Source of the DNA: Rhynchopus sp. YZ270_cl-10
Lineage: Eukaryota
Direction: 5' to 3'
NCBI GenBank assembly: GCA_964035575.1
Contig: OZ037840.1
Location: 868,001 to 932,000, forward strand
Length of the DNA: 64,000 bases
In this document: piece by piece, positions 1-13,118 of the stretch
How positions within the stretch are numbered: position 1 is the first letter of the stretch
Layout: every line of letters starts with the position of its first letter
Notes under the pieces: model-generated
What the model was told of the DNA's origin: nothing
Database searches by the model: none
The model's input: only the letters and a program-made list of their open reading frames with translations
Translations under genes and position numbers: made by a program

Positions 1-2
1 CC

Positions 3-803
3 ATGGCATTAGACATGACCTGTCGTGAGCATATATGGAACCCTCAAATGCGGTGTACAGAAAGCTGTATACAACGTTTTCATAAATACTCTGAAACCTG
101 GGGGTGTTGTGCCGGGGTATATAATGCATATTTGCAGACGAAAGGGCGGGGGTCGCTTGACAATGTCGCCAACGCCTGCAAAATCCAATTCGGAGGGACC
201 TGTCCGGACACAGAATACCCAGATGGATTTACCGGGAGGATTGTGATTGACGCCGATATCACGGTTTTCCGCGCCTACGAGGCAGAGTTGATTGCTGCTG
301 CGAGATATGATGTTGTGACCACTCTAGGGCTTGTCGACTCCAACATCGTTGCAACCGCAGTCGGTACTGTCGATATTCAATTCGCCCTCAAAGAAAATGA
401 GCAAACCTTATCTCGAGATGCCATCACCCTTCAGGCAGCAGGTGGCGTTTTTCTATCCAACGAAACCACCCAAGAAGTTTCCATCGTCTTCCTCGTAAGA
501 GGGGAACGGCGTGGCGAAGCGGACACTCTAAGAAGGGATTTTCAGTCCTTCGTCACAACAGGGTTTCCAATGGGTCGTCTTGAGGAGGTGTACCTCAAAA
601 GGGCGGCTCGGAATTTCTTGGTCAGCACTCATCTCAGTCTCGTCTCGACGACGGTACGACCGTTCAACTACTTTCAAAAGAACATCACAATTGGCCTCGA
701 TGACACCGATACTGTTGCATATGAGCTTACCCCGTTTGATGCATGTGGCATGTTATCACCAGGGATGGCAGTCACCTTGACGCTCTTCGTTTTGTTAATC
801 TGA
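3..803 (+). CDS. Hypothetical protein, probably the 3' part of a gene starting upstream; Cys-rich N-part, hydrophobic C-terminal tail (possible GPI/TM anchor)
   Basis: 266-aa ORF at the window edge with coding-like composition, ending GMAVTLTLFVLLI*; no recognised domain. Confidence 0.5.
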   Translation: MALDMTCREHIWNPQMRCTESCIQRFHKYSETWGCCAGVYNAYLQTKGRGSLDNVANACKIQFGGTCPDTEYPDGFTGRIVIDADITVFRAYEAELIAAARYDVVTTLGLVDSNIVATAVGTVDIQFALKENEQTLSRDAITLQAAGGVFLSNETTQEVSIVFLVRGERRGEADTLRRDFQSFVTTGFPMGRLEEVYLKRAARNFLVSTHLSLVSTTVRPFNYFQKNITIGLDDTDTVAYELTPFDACGMLSPGMAVTLTLFVLLI

Positions 804-865
804 TAATGGTGTGGGGGGAAAGAAGAGAATTATGGGGGGGGGTATAATTTTTTTTTTATTTTTTG

Positions 866-2931
866 CATGGCTTCATAAATATATTGAATATCGTCAATAT
901 ATTGATTTGGTGATGAATATTATTGATTGAATATTGAAAGTGTCAATAATATTGACTGAAAACTGTCAATATTTCAATAATATTGAAATATTGATCATAT
1001 TATTGAATATTGACGTTGCAGTGCCTGCTTTTTCCTTGAGGGGGGGCCATAGCTGAGAATAAGACTTGGGGACCCGGGACCCGGTTATTCTCAGTGGGAC
1101 TGGGCACAATATGTCGAAAACGCTGTGAAAACGCCTGAAAGCGGGTCAGGGACCCGGGCGCGGGAGGGTGGGGCATGGATGGAGGGGTATTCCCAGTCCC
1201 TAGGACTGGGACTGTACCCAGTGCCCAGTACCCGTCCTAGTTCTAGTCCTGGGACAGTACCCGGGACCCGGCTTATTCTCAGCTCCCTTCCAGCCACAGA
1301 GTGGAGAGGCAAAGGGTCAAACTTTTCTGTTGAAGCCATGTGCGCAATATTTCAAAGATTGTGCCATAAATCGCACATTGTTACCGCCAAACTATATCAT
1401 AGATAGGGTAGAGCTGCGGGCTACCGCTCGTAATTCCTAAACACTTGTGTTTAGGTTTTTAAGGTTGCTGCCCTCCCAGTACCCTCCTGGTGCACCCACC
1501 CGAAAATGCACCAAAGTGTAAGATTTTTTCGGCGTTGGAAAGATTGGGCCTCAAAAATGCGGATCACCAAATCAGATCTGTGAGAGATTTGTTTTTACTT
1601 CCTATTTTCGTGTCACGAGTTTACGTGGGAAATGCTTTAGAAACGTGCGTTCCTTAAGTACCCTATGGGCAAAACAGGCGTTTTTCACCAAAAACCGGGA
1701 TTTTCGCCTTTTTGGGTGGTTTTTTGGGCCATACCCGGCTATATGGACTGGGAAACGCGATTCTGGGGTGCTAGAACCAGGTCTAGGCCGCACAGGGGTA
1801 CTTCTGTGGGCAAAAACAACCCACAAAACCATGCACTGCGTTGTGTTCTGTGACCATTCAGGTGTTTTAGCTAGTCGTAGTGTACGAGGCGTTGCGATCG
1901 ATTTGGTTTCGTTCTCGCTCATCAACCACACGAGCTAGCAAAAAATATTTAGGATTCACAAAACCAAATTTTGTCCGCGCCGCAGGCGCACGGTGCGCTA
2001 CTTTTTTATGAGAGTTGCGAACATACATTTGAAAATCCATCCATCCGCATGTCTTTTTTATGAGAGGATCAGTGAGTAAATAGTTCCGCTTATGGGCCCA
2101 GGAGGCTTCCCCTGGTCAGGGGTGGGGTTTGCTGCTTGGAGAGGAGGTTGTTCTGGGTACAGAACGAGAAAAAAGAGTAGTTGAAACGTGCTAAAATGCA
2201 GTCGAGCTCATGCAAAGGGTAGGTGGGTGTTCCGTACCGTAAGAGAACGGAGGCGGTTCACAACCGCTCGACGAATCACGCGACCTCTTTATACCCCAGC
2301 CTTTTTAACAGCCAAAAAAACTCTATGATTTTGCACGTGTTACCGTGGGACTCTAAGGGCAATCATGGCTCAGTTCGTAAACGCGCACGTACCATTCAAT
2401 GCCATCGCGGGGGAGCGACTTGCCTTGTGGCATCAGATGGCTCCTTAGTGGGGGGATCTACGCGGACAGTGAGAGGGGGTGGGTGGGGAACAGCATTCTC
2501 TACCTGGCTTCTGAAGAAGGGTGTCTTCCCTTGGGGCTACCGCGAAGTGCAATGCGGACTCGAGAAGTCATGTGGAATTTTGGCATAGTTGGCATCACAC
2601 AAGTCGCCATATTTTTTTGCATTTTTTGGTCCGAAGTTCAATTACCAGTCCTGGAAATTGGGGCAATTTTTTTGTGCCTCAACTCGGGCATGTTTTTATG
2701 TGTGGTGCACGAGTTGTGTGGGGTTGGAAGATGCAGAACCAGTTTCCAAGGGGCGCAAGACCATTGTGTGAAGGAAAGTGTCAATATATTGATCAATATT
2801 TGCAAATATTGAATGGGAAATTTACACGGTAAAAGTGTCAATATATTGAAAATTTCCTACGTGATATTGATCAATATATTGATATTGAAAAAAACGTGAA
2901 AAAAAATATTGAATATATTTATGAAGCCATG
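866..2931. mobile_element. Non-autonomous TIR DNA element (~2.07 kb) with AATATTGA-rich subterminal repeats
   Basis: CATGGCTTCATAAATATATT at 866 and its reverse complement ending at 2931; TTTTTG on both flanks (possible 6-bp TSD, but low complexity). Confidence 0.7.
1051..1284. mobile_element. Small MITE-like inverted-repeat element nested in 866-2931
   Basis: AGCTGAGAATAAG...CTTATTCTCAGCT ends, internal GGGACCCGG repeats; no clear TSD. Confidence 0.5.
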
Positions 2932-3373
2932 TTTTTGGAAAAATAAAATGGAGATTTGCACTGTGGACAACACAAAAAACCGAGGCAAACTGCGCTAACT
3001 CCAAAAACAATTTATCGAAATAAAAAAATAACAATAATTTGGAGGAGATGATGTGCTGTGTTTGGCCCCCACACACACACTCCTGCTTCCGCAAGGGGTG
3101 TGTTGTGGTCTCTTACGTCTTCAAAAAGGCGGTGGATGCATCTTCCAAGAAAAAGGTGTTTTTTTTCTTCTTGTCTTTCATCGCAGATAGTACCCCCTCT
3201 TTTGCAACGAAGGAACACCCCATGGTGTAGAGTATATTTCTTTAGCCATTTTTTCTTTTTGTAATTTTTGTATTTTTTTTGTGAATACCTCCCGGTTCCT
3301 CCCAACCCCCCTAATAACCTCCCCTTTCCACTCACTTTCACATCTCCAGCGGTGGGGGAAAACAACCCCCAAC

Positions 3374-6300
3374 ATGGATGCCGATATCAGAGAGGTGTCA
3401 TGGCCTGAGAGTGCCTCCCCTATTGAGATTGAGGCTGTTGTTTGCAATTTGACGTGGCTGCTGCGTGTTGTGCTGAACAGGGGAGCGCCGCATGGTTCTG
3501 TCGAGGCGGAGGAGGCGACGGGGCGGGTGGTGAGGGTGCTTCACGTCTTCGAAACGCACCGGACTGTACCACGGCGGGAGCTGTTGCTGCAGTACCAGGA
3601 CGATGTTGAGGCGGTGTTGGAAGAAGGGTTTGCGTACCTCGCGGTGGCAGCGGAGCTGTTTGGAGAGGGGCTAAATTTATGCGAAGGATTTGCAGATGCG
3701 CCCCCCTCCGACCGCTTTGACGTTGTGCTCGAATGTCTCGAATGCGAAGGCGGCTTCGCGCAAACCGCTTGCTCCGCCCTCAGCACCGACACCCTCTGCA
3801 ATACAGAATCCTTCTGCCCAGACTCTCACCTTCTCCTCACCCTTTGTTTGGTCCGTTTGAGTGTATGTCGACCCCTCATTCCGACTACATTGAGACAGCA
3901 TTTGGCGGATCCCTCTACCCCTGCGGCAATAGCTGCGGAAAGCCCTTCGAAATGGCAGAACGAAGACGTTCCGTTGGAGGAGGTGGAGATGTTGTTGGCG
4001 GGGTGGATATCTCGAGCGAGTGGGAGGCCGTTGGGGGCAGGGTTGTTGTGCGATTCTGGTGCAGTGCTTGCAGCGGTTGGGCGGTACAATGCTCAGATCT
4101 GCCCTCCAGAGCAGGACCCCTCATGGGATTCTGTACTCTCCATATGCAGTAGACTGCGTGCTTCTACCACTATATCACGTCACGCGCCCCTGCTTCTTTC
4201 TCATGGAAACGCAGAACCCTCCTGCCTTCACAGAGCTACCGTTCGTCTTCATCTGTTCTTTTCGTTGCAGCAGCTGTTTTGGTGTTTAAGGACCTGCCCG
4301 CTTGACGATTCGGTTGTGGCAACGCAGGGGATGATGACGGTGGTGTTGGAGAGAAGGTCTGCGGGGACCTCGTTGGGGATGATGTTGTCTCCAGATATGG
4401 CGGCAGAGCCGTTCATTGCGGCGGTGGTGCCGGACACCCCAGCGGATTTGGTCGGATTGGTGGCAGGGATGCGCATTCTCTCTGTGGACTCCATCGCGGT
4501 GCACACCTGCTACGACGTCGCCCGCCTCCTCGCGTCGCGAACATACTTCTCTTTAACCGTCGCCTCCGCAACGGAAGATTCTATACGACGCCAGACCATC
4601 GCCTTCACCACCATGCCGCCTTCACATTGCGCGGCCCTCCACTCTGCTTGGGCTACCCCACAAAATGGAATTCCAGAATATTCTGAATCTCCGAATTGGG
4701 GAACTGCAAGAGAGGGATCGCAAAGCGAAAGAAATGGAGGGATATGGAGGGGTGAAACACTGATGGACGAAACGGAAGTCACCTCGACAGTAGAACCTCT
4801 ACAGGCGGTGTGGGTATCAGATGTAGAAGACTGTGGAGACCCGTTGTTAACTGTATCGTCAGAGTTTATCTATCCTGAAGGCTGGCCGGAAGTCAACACA
4901 GAGATTGAAAATAAAAATGAAACCACCCTGGATGAAAAAGGAACACCGTGTTTGGGAGAAACCTCGCATTGGGGATCTGAGGACATCGAGCATGCAGTCT
5001 ATGCGACACCACTGCGCGCTGGGACATCAAAAATATCTGAGTTGTGCGGGCCTCCTGATGCAGTTCGATCGCCTTTTGAGACTCCATGCGGATCGGAAAA
5101 ACAGTTTTGTGAGTTGAGTAGGGGGTCTCAGGATGGTTTACCCTCTCACAACGTACAGTTGAAATATGAGGAAGAGGGGGAGGAGGAGGAGGAAGAAGAC
5201 ACGGCACGACCTGCCACAGCGAGCAGTGGAAGCGAGGTGAGTTCGACCTGCTTTACCCCATCGGAGGTGGTTCTCCTGGCAGATCTGCGGCGTGATGCTG
5301 TCACTGAAGCGAATTTCCAAACCAACCACACCCCTTTAACCGTGCAAAGCATACAAAGTGCTCACGGTATCGCATCGCACCTTGAATCAGCGTATGACAG
5401 CCCGCGAATGGGAGAGGTAAATAAAAACGATGAAAATTCATCAAATTCTGAGGATTTTGCGGTGCACAACGTCTCCCCTACCCTCTCTGAACCGAAGGGA
5501 ATTGAGGTTCAAAAAAATCTTCTTCTTTCAGAGCTGGCAGACCTTGAAATGCAGGTAGACGGATTGGCAGCACCGGAGACAGGCAATGTCAGAAGCATTG
5601 GGACGCGTGGGGATCGAATGGGCGAGGTGCGCGATGATGCGCAGAGCGACGTGCTCAGCTTGCGGAGTTCTTGCAGATTGAGGCAACGGATTGCAGAGGC
5701 GCAGTCCGCAGGGTATGAGGATACGCATGGATCTGGGTCTCCCCCGCCCCCACCGCCTCCGGCGTTCACTTCATCTCCGGTGGTGGGCCCTGTGATGGGG
5801 ATGTCTGCTTCTCTGTTGCGACGTCGTTCGTTGCCTGCGGTGGCAACATCTCGTGCTAGTTGTACATCGTTGTTGGATGCGGTGCGAGCAAATAGAGAAA
5901 AGACAGATGACGAAGTCAAACCCTTCGGGAAGGTGCTGCATCCACTCCCTCCAGGTCGCGGGGGCGGAGGGGATGGGTGCAATAAGCGGACCGTGCTGAT
6001 GGCGTTGAAGCATACCTGTCTGCATGGGGTGCACAACACAGCGACGTTGCGACGTGCGGTGGATGCGATCGAGGAGGCGGCGCGCGGGGGAGGGGTCAAA
6101 TTCATTCTCGTCATCCAATCACCGCAGCAGCCGGTGCTTAAGGTATGTACCCATGTAGTGTAGCTTGCAATAACCTCCCCTTCTGCTCCTGCAGGCAATC
6201 TACAGCGTACCGCAAGACCGCAAGAGTACAAAGCCACAGACCCGCATTTATGGCAACGGGCCGAAGTCTGTACGCATAGACTCAACAGAGGTATGCCACC

Positions 6301-6675
6301 TTGCTGGCCAGGGGGTCCGTGGTTGCACCACGTCGACTTGGTTGGGTGTCGTACACAGTCCTCAGTTCTCCCTGGCAACTAACGGTGGAGTATCCACCAC
6401 GTGTAAACACCATCATAAGGAAAAATAAAAAAAAACTGACCATTTTTTTTTGATCCGACAGATTACAGTTATCCCGACACTACAATTATCTCCACCCTCC
6501 TTTACCTACCTTTATACTAGTCGTTCTTCATTTCAACCACACTCACTACATACAGTGCCTTCGGTTTGACTCTGTGAGCAAGATGTTCGTTTCCCTCCCG
6601 CGTTCGTTTGACATGTTTAACAGGCGTGTTGATGCACTAGTCTGTCGTGTGAACGTTGGTGTGTCGGCACCGTAG
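3374..6675 (+). CDS. PDZ-domain + C-terminal CKK (CAMSAP/Patronin-type microtubule-binding) domain protein; exons 3374-6142, 6195-6290, 6556-6675
   Basis: PDZ-like LERRSAGTSLGMML...IAAVVPDTPADLVGLVAGMRILSVD. Two phase-0 GT-AG introns (6143-6194, 6291-6555) join NKRTVLMALKHTCLHG...LKAIYS...YGNGPKSV...CLRFDSVSKMF...VDAL, which matches CKK motifs. Confidence 0.8.
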
Positions 6676-6727
6676 ATGGCGAAGCAGGGTAAAAAACAAT
6701 CTGCTCCTCAAATTGGTGTGGACCTGT

Positions 6728-6806
6728 GAAGGAGGGACTGCCGGGGTCGTACGTACTCCCACGTCAGAGGTGAAATTCTTAGATCGCGGGAAGACGAACT
6801 TCTGCG
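6728..6806 (+). pseudogene. ~80-nt fragment of eukaryotic 18S (SSU) rRNA
   Basis: Contains the conserved SSU segment GTCAGAGGTGAAATTCTTAGA...AAGACGAACT.CTGCG preceded by GAGGGAC...CGTACT; flanks are not rRNA-like. Confidence 0.8.
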
Positions 6807-7485
6807 GGAGGGAGGGAGAGCTTTGGGTCGAAGAGATGCGTTTGTGTGCGGCTCTCAGGGTAGATTAGAACGCTTGGATTGGAACTTTTTTTTTTGAAAA
6901 CAGTTTTTAGAAAAAAGCAAGCCTTTTTGCGGTTTGTAGACATCGCGTTAGCTGAAAGGTGAATCAGAGTTTGCCTGAAGCACAATGCACACCAGTTTTC
7001 AAGAGAACAGGAGGGGCACGCTTGAGAAAGAATATAAAAAAAAATACGTTTAAAAAGTGTGTTAGATCATTGTTGCGGGGCCACTTCACTGTGGTATTGT
7101 CAACATGTGTGTCATGGGTTTAAAGGAAAATATGACAAAAAAAGGGGTTTTTAGATTTTGGTTTGCATTTCGTTTGCTTCTTTGTCTTTCCAGTTGTGTT
7201 TTATCAGCTTAACTTTTTAAAAGATACTTTTATAATGCGTGCTTGAACCTGGGTATTTATCTGCGAAAGGTTCTATTCTTTTTTCCCTCTTTTTCCCCTT
7301 TTAATAGCTATTTTTTACCGACCAGAAAAGTCGTTTTCTTGATGAGTGTTTTCTGAGTGCACACTCAGAAATCACGAATCAAGAGAAAACGACTTTTTGG
7401 GAGGTGAAAACAGGGCTTTGTTGAAATTTTCTGGCTTTGAAGAACTTTCACACACAATTTTAAGGGGTTTTATCTGTGTACCTGT

Positions 7486-7711
7486 GTACAGGATATTTGT
7501 TGTGAAAGACATCTTCCACCATGCATTGAGGAGGGTAAGACAGTGGTCGCAGTTTCTACTTGACTAGCGGAAGAGGCCTTTTTGGTCTCTAGAATATCCG
7601 GTATTCCCGAACGGAGGCACACTTTGTGTGTTACTACGACCTGGCAATTTCCAGCAGTAGGTTAAGTAATCTTTCTTGTAAATTGTTGGATCATTATCTC
7701 CTCAGTGCATG
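7486..7711. repeat. Dispersed repeat; inverted, near-identical copy at ~60310-60609 (that copy carries extra internal sequence)
   Basis: Direct comparison by eye, e.g. GTGAAAGACATCTTCCACCATGCATTGAGG here and its reverse complement near 60565-60595. Confidence 0.8.
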
Positions 7712-8814
7712 AATGCCCCACGTGATTGGACACTTTTGTGTTTGTCATGTGGAGCTGTGGTGGGGCTCTTTCACGACTTTCTTCCTTGTACACCAGTGTA
7801 CCGTGTACCTGGGTACCTGGGTGCCCAGACACACCACTGTACCCAGAATCCAGTCTCCCACCCAGAAAACCTACTCATACAGCAGAAAAGTGAAAATTGC
7901 TACTCGACCAGAAAAGTAGCTGGGAAAAGTTCAGAAAAAGCCAGAAAATTTCAACAAAATTTTTTTCTTCTTTTTCGTCCATCGCTTGTATCTGTTTTTG
8001 TTCTGTTTTCTCCACCCCACGACCCCATGGATGTCTCCGATGATATTCAAACACAAACCGTTCATATTTTTCTCTCCAATAAAACCATCTGTTTTTTTAT
8101 ATTTTGTCAAATTAGCCCCTTCAAGGCTTTGCTTTCTTCGTGCATGCATTTTTTTCGTAACATTACAGTACCTCCCCCCCTACGACTCTCTTGCCCTGTT
8201 GGCATGCCTTTCGTGATATAAGATTTTTGTGAATACTTTTTTTTGCAGTGCCTGCGTCCGCCGATGCACGGTGAGGCGTTTGCACTTTCAAGCTTCTCTT
8301 TTGTTGTTTACATCCCGTGTAGCCTGGCTGCATGAACCTTTTCGTTATCGCACAGCATCAGCCGCGCTGATGCTGTGCGATACCGAATATGATAAGGTGG
8401 CTAAGCACGAGAGGCTTAGGATCATATTATAAACTTTTCTTTTGTTTTTGCACCCCGGGTAGCTAGCTGCATGAACTTTTTAGGGTATTTTTTGTGCGTG
8501 TTTTGTCCATGACAACGATAGTGGTAAAGCACGATTGGTAGGTGCAATGAAAGACACATTCATGGGTAAAAAGTTTTGTTTTGTGTGTTCCTGGTTCTAA
8601 AAAATGCAGAAAGGAAAGGAATAGTCATTTTTCTTTGAGACCTTGAATTTTTGTACAGAAATCACCTTTTTTGCGATTATCGACATACAACACAAAAAGC
8701 TTTCCTCACTTTTAACCTTCCACCCTCACCTCTCTCCCCCCCTTCACCTCCCCACCCCAGGGACGCACCCCCCCCCATAACCTCCTCCTCCCCTCCCCTC
8801 CCCCCCAAAATAAA

Positions 8815-10374
8815 ATGGACAGCCAACAAGATAAAGACCGCATCCGCGAGCTGGAAGCGACAGTACGGCTGTTGGCAAAGCGGGTCAGCGTGCTCGAGGC
8901 GGAGCGGGGTCTCCCACCTGCCCTCCCCCCTTCTGCGCCTCCTTCTGTTCCGCTCCGGAGCACCTCCGCTTCACCGGGCACACACCACAACTCTCCTTCT
9001 CTTGTCGCAGCGAGAGTTGGGGCGTCATCCGCTGGGTTGTACTCACCCCCTGCAACACCGACCAATGCGCGGTTGGTTGGAAAAATAACGCCAATTCTTG
9101 CAGATCCGTTGGCTTCAATGCTTGACACCCCAGGGCTTAAGGTGGAGGACGACGACGAAAAAATCACCCCCGGAACCAGAGTGCGCATTCACAGCGAAAA
9201 GGAGTACGTTATGTCCTGCTGTCAACTCTCAACGGTGGGGTGGCGGAGCAGTAAGGAGGCTATGCTGGGGTTGGCAGGGACCGTTACGGAAACGGATATG
9301 ACGGCGGCGAGGGTGCGACTGAATGGGGGGCAAGAATGTTGGTTTCCTCGGACCGTTCTTCAAGCAATCCCTGCGCTCCGATCACCACCGGGCGCACAAC
9401 GGAACAACACTGTCGGACGCGCTGCAGGACTGCTCCATGCGTCGGAACAATCTCACCACACCTCCCCCACCGAGCTCTCCAAACGCGCCATATCCCCCGC
9501 AGTCCCTCTCGACGCGCAACGAGGCTCCGCTGCAACACCCCTTCCCCTTTCCGTCTCGCAACCTCTCCTGGACGTCGCGATCGCTCATACGGAGCTGAGT
9601 TTGGCGCATTCAAGGGCAGCCTATGGGGGAAGAGACGGGGGCCTGGCGAGTCTCAGTGGGGTAGGAAGGCATGCGGTTCCTCAAGGGCGTGCGGCATCGA
9701 TTACATTGCGGCGTGCGGATGAAACGTCTGGTGGTGTGGGGACACCGAGAGGGTCGCCGACGAGGCGTGCCTTTGGAGGTGGTGGAGGGGGAGGAGGAGG
9801 AGGAGGTGGTGGTGGTGCCGTAGACACCCCACATGCGTCGCCCATACGCCCCCTGCCGCGTCGTCCCTCCCAAGACGTGTCCACTCTGGACGCGTCCGGT
9901 GCAGACTACCTTCTCAACAGAACGTCCCAAGTAGGAGCCTCAACCCCAGCCCAAACAGCGAGAAGGATAGAGGGTGGTGTGGGTCCAGGTGCGGGTACCC
10001 CAAGGACAGGGAGTAGGTGTGTGAAAGGGGGGTTTTTTGGAGGGGTTTTACTGCGGGTAGGTCTGCTTAGGGTTCCTTTTATATCTTCTGTTGTTGGCCG
10101 CAGGGTGCTTGTGCTTTCATCCGGATGGCCTGGCATCGTGGGTCAGTCGGAGGTGCCTGCATTAATAACGTCACCTTCCTTTTGATAAGTCTGTAGTCTG
10201 TGCTAGATTTTTTTTTATATAAAAGTGTTCTGCTATTCCTATGATAGTTTGAAATGAAACAATAATATTCTTTACAGGGCTGTGAACACCGCGTTGGCAG
10301 GACTGCACAGAGCACTTCAGGATCTGTCCGTTGAGGACGGTGGCATGTCCCCATACAGGGCAAGGAGGAACTAA
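8815..10374 (+). CDS. Low-complexity protein with short N-terminal coiled coil and a Mind-bomb SH3-repeat-like domain; probable exons 8815-10016 and 10278-10374
   Basis: PGTRVRI...VGWRSSKEAMLGLAGTV...VRLNGGQECWFPRTVL resembles the MIB SH3 repeat; a GTGTGT...TTTACAG intron (10017-10277) gives an in-frame last exon AVNTALAGLHRALQDL... Confidence 0.65.
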
Positions 10375-10420
10375 GCAGGACCCCGCCCCCGAGCAAGACC
10401 TGATGCTGGCGGGGGGGGGT

Positions 10421-11616
10421 TAGGGGGGGTCAAAAGGGGGTAACAAATTGGAAAAATTGAGTTTTCGTTTCTAAGTGCTAAAAAATGCCCAAAACCAGAA
10501 AATACCACCCTCAGATGTCCAAAAATCCATCTGCGCCCGGTTTTGAGCAGTTTTGAGCCACAAGAAGCCCCGTATCTGCTTTTTTCAAAAATGTACATAC
10601 AACTTGTACCTGCCCACCCCCTGTAGACAGAGCAACTCACACATCCATCACGCCTCAGTGTGGGCCAGGGGCCAGAAAAGCCCCCAAAGCCACATATTTT
10701 CACCCCAAAACCTATCCCGAGGGGTACCCAGGCTGTTTCGGGGTGTTTAGAAGGACTTGGTGGAACTTAGAACCATGTTTCAAAAAGTGTCAAGCACCTT
10801 GTACCAAGGGTTTTCCCACCCAAGGTATCTGAAGACGTCAAAAAACGTGAAGTAGGCAATAAATCGAAAAACTCCCCCTGAGGTCAAAAAAAACCACACC
10901 ATAGGCCCATTTGGACCCCAAAAATCTAATTCCGCCCGGTTTTGAGCACTGTTGACCACTTCTGAGCGACTTTTTTGCATTTTTTAAAAGTGACCACCAA
11001 CTTGTACCTTGCCCACCCCCCCGTAGATAGAGCAACTCACCCATCCATCACGCCTCAGTGTGAGCCAGGGGCCAGAAAAGCCTCCAAAGCCACATATTTT
11101 CACCCAGAACCTATCCCGAAGGGTACCCAGGCTGTTTCGGGGTGTTTAGAAGGACTTAGTGGAACTTAGAACCATGTTTCAAAAAGGTACCAGGACTTGG
11201 TACCTTGGGTGGGAAAACCCTTGGTACAAGGTGCTTGACACTTTTTGAAACATGGTTCTAAGTCCACTAAGTCCTTCTAAACACCCCGAAACAGCCTGGG
11301 TACCCTTCGGGATAGGTTCTGGGTGAAAATATGTGGCTTTGGAGGCTTTTCTGGCCCCTGGCTCACACTGAGGCGTGATGGATGGGTGAGTTGCTCTGTC
11401 TACAGGGGGTGGGCAGGTACAAGTTGTATGTACATTTTTGAAAAAAGCAGATACGGGGCTTCTTGAGGCTCAAAACTGCTCAAAACCGGGCGCAGATGGA
11501 TTTTTGGACATCTGAGGGTGGTATTTTCTGGTTTTGGGCATTTTTTAGCACTTAGAAACGAAAACTCAATTTTTATCATTTTGTTACCACTTTTTAGGGG
11601 CTTTTGACCCCCCCTA
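10421..11616. mobile_element. Foldback-like element D with ~400-bp inverted arms, TAGGGGGGGTC...GACCCCCCCTA ends and an internal direct duplication
   Basis: 10421-~10826 is the reverse complement of ~11201-11616; ~10930-11185 repeats ~10535-10786; the D+E block is flanked by CGGGGGGGGGT (10410-10420 and 12693-12703). Confidence 0.8.
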
Positions 11617-11617
11617 C

Positions 11618-12689
11618 GGCATACCTTCGCAAATTGACCCTGATTTTGGGGTGGCGCTACGCGCTACGCGCTACGTCCCTTTTTGCGAATAGGGGTCGTG
11701 AGCCTTTTGTACAGGGAATGTTGCACCCGTGTGGAGAATGTGGCCAAAAGTGCCGTTATTTGCATTTTCGGATCACTGATCTTTCCACCATGGGGTCAAT
11801 TTCGAAAATTGGACAAGTTCTTGGCACATTAAATTTCGTCAAATTTGGCCGCATGAACGTACGTACGCTATGTGCGCTACGTCATGTACGTTATGTACGC
11901 TACGTCATGTGCGTACGTCATGTACGCTTCGTCATGTACGCTTCGTCATGTGCGCTACGTCATGTACGCTACGTACGCTACGTTATGTGCGCTACGTCAT
12001 GTGCGCTACGTACGCTATGTGCGCTACGTCATGTACGTTACGTCATGTGCGCTACGTCATGTACGCTATGTACGCTATGTGCGCTACGTCATGTACGTTA
12101 TGTACGCTACGTCATGTACGTTACGTCATGTACGCTACGTCATGTACGCTACGTCATGTACGTTATGTACGCTACGTCATGTACGTTACGTCATGTACGC
12201 TACGTCATGTACGCTTCGTCATGTACGTTATGTACGCTACGTCATGTACGTTACGTCATGTACGCTACGTCATGTACGTTATGTACGCTACGTCATGTAC
12301 GTTACGTCATGTACGCTACGTCATGTACGTTATGTACGCTACGTCATGTACGTTACGTCATGTACGCTACGTCATGTACGCTTCGTCATGTGCGCTACGT
12401 CATGTACGCTACGTCATGTACGTTATGTACGCTACGTCATGTACGTTACGTCATGTACGCTACGTCATGTACGCTTCGTCATGTGCGCTACGTCATGTAC
12501 GCTACGTACGCTACGCTATGTGCGCTACGTCATGTACGTTACGTACGCTACGTTATGTGCGCTACGTACGTTACGTTACCGTTACGTTACGCTACGTACG
12601 CTACGTCATGTACGCTACCTTATCTCCCCCCCGCTACGTCCCCCCCGCTACGCGCTACGCGCTACGTCATAAATTTGCGAAGGTATGCC
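11618..12689. mobile_element. TIR element E (GGCATACCTTCGCAAATT ends) containing a minisatellite
   Basis: Perfect 18-bp TIR, CTAC on both flanks. Confidence 0.8.
11858..12670. repeat. Minisatellite of TACGTCATGTACGC-type 14-mers and shorter variants
   Basis: Directly visible tandem units. Confidence 0.95.
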
Positions 12690-13011
12690 CTACGGGGGGG
12701 GGTGACGGGATGGCACTGTGGAGAGGAAAGGAAAATAACAAACAGCGGGGGGGTGGGTTCCCCCCTTTGTTATAAGTGTGTATAGCACGACACACAGATT
12801 CCTCTCAAAAAAAAAGCGAACTTTTTTTGTGGGGATGCTTCAGTACTCCCAAGCAAGGTTATCAAAAAAAGAATTTATTTTCTTTTAGTGACGCGCGCAC
12901 AGAGGCTTAGAGTTATCTTCAGAAGGGTTTCTTCTTCTTCCTTCTTTTTTGGTGCATGTGTTGACCCTCTCAAATACTTTCAATTCTGTGAACTGAAAGT
13001 ATATGAATCTA

Positions 13012-13118
13012 CAGTGGTTAAACAAAGTTTACGCCTAAACTAAAGGCGGAATTGAAATCGATGGCGGAAATTACTTCAGGCGGGCATTTTTCTTAGGCGG
13101 AACTTTGTTTAACCACAG
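13012..13118. mobile_element. 107-bp Tc1/mariner-type MITE
   Basis: TA|CAGTGGTTAAACAAAGTT...AACTTTGTTTAACCACAG|TA. Confidence 0.7.

Noticed and set aside
6656..6900. Functional rRNA gene
   Set aside because: Similarity is limited to ~80 nt
11604..12785. Long ORFs (LRHVRYVMYATSCT repeats)
   Set aside because: Artefacts of a stop-free minisatellite
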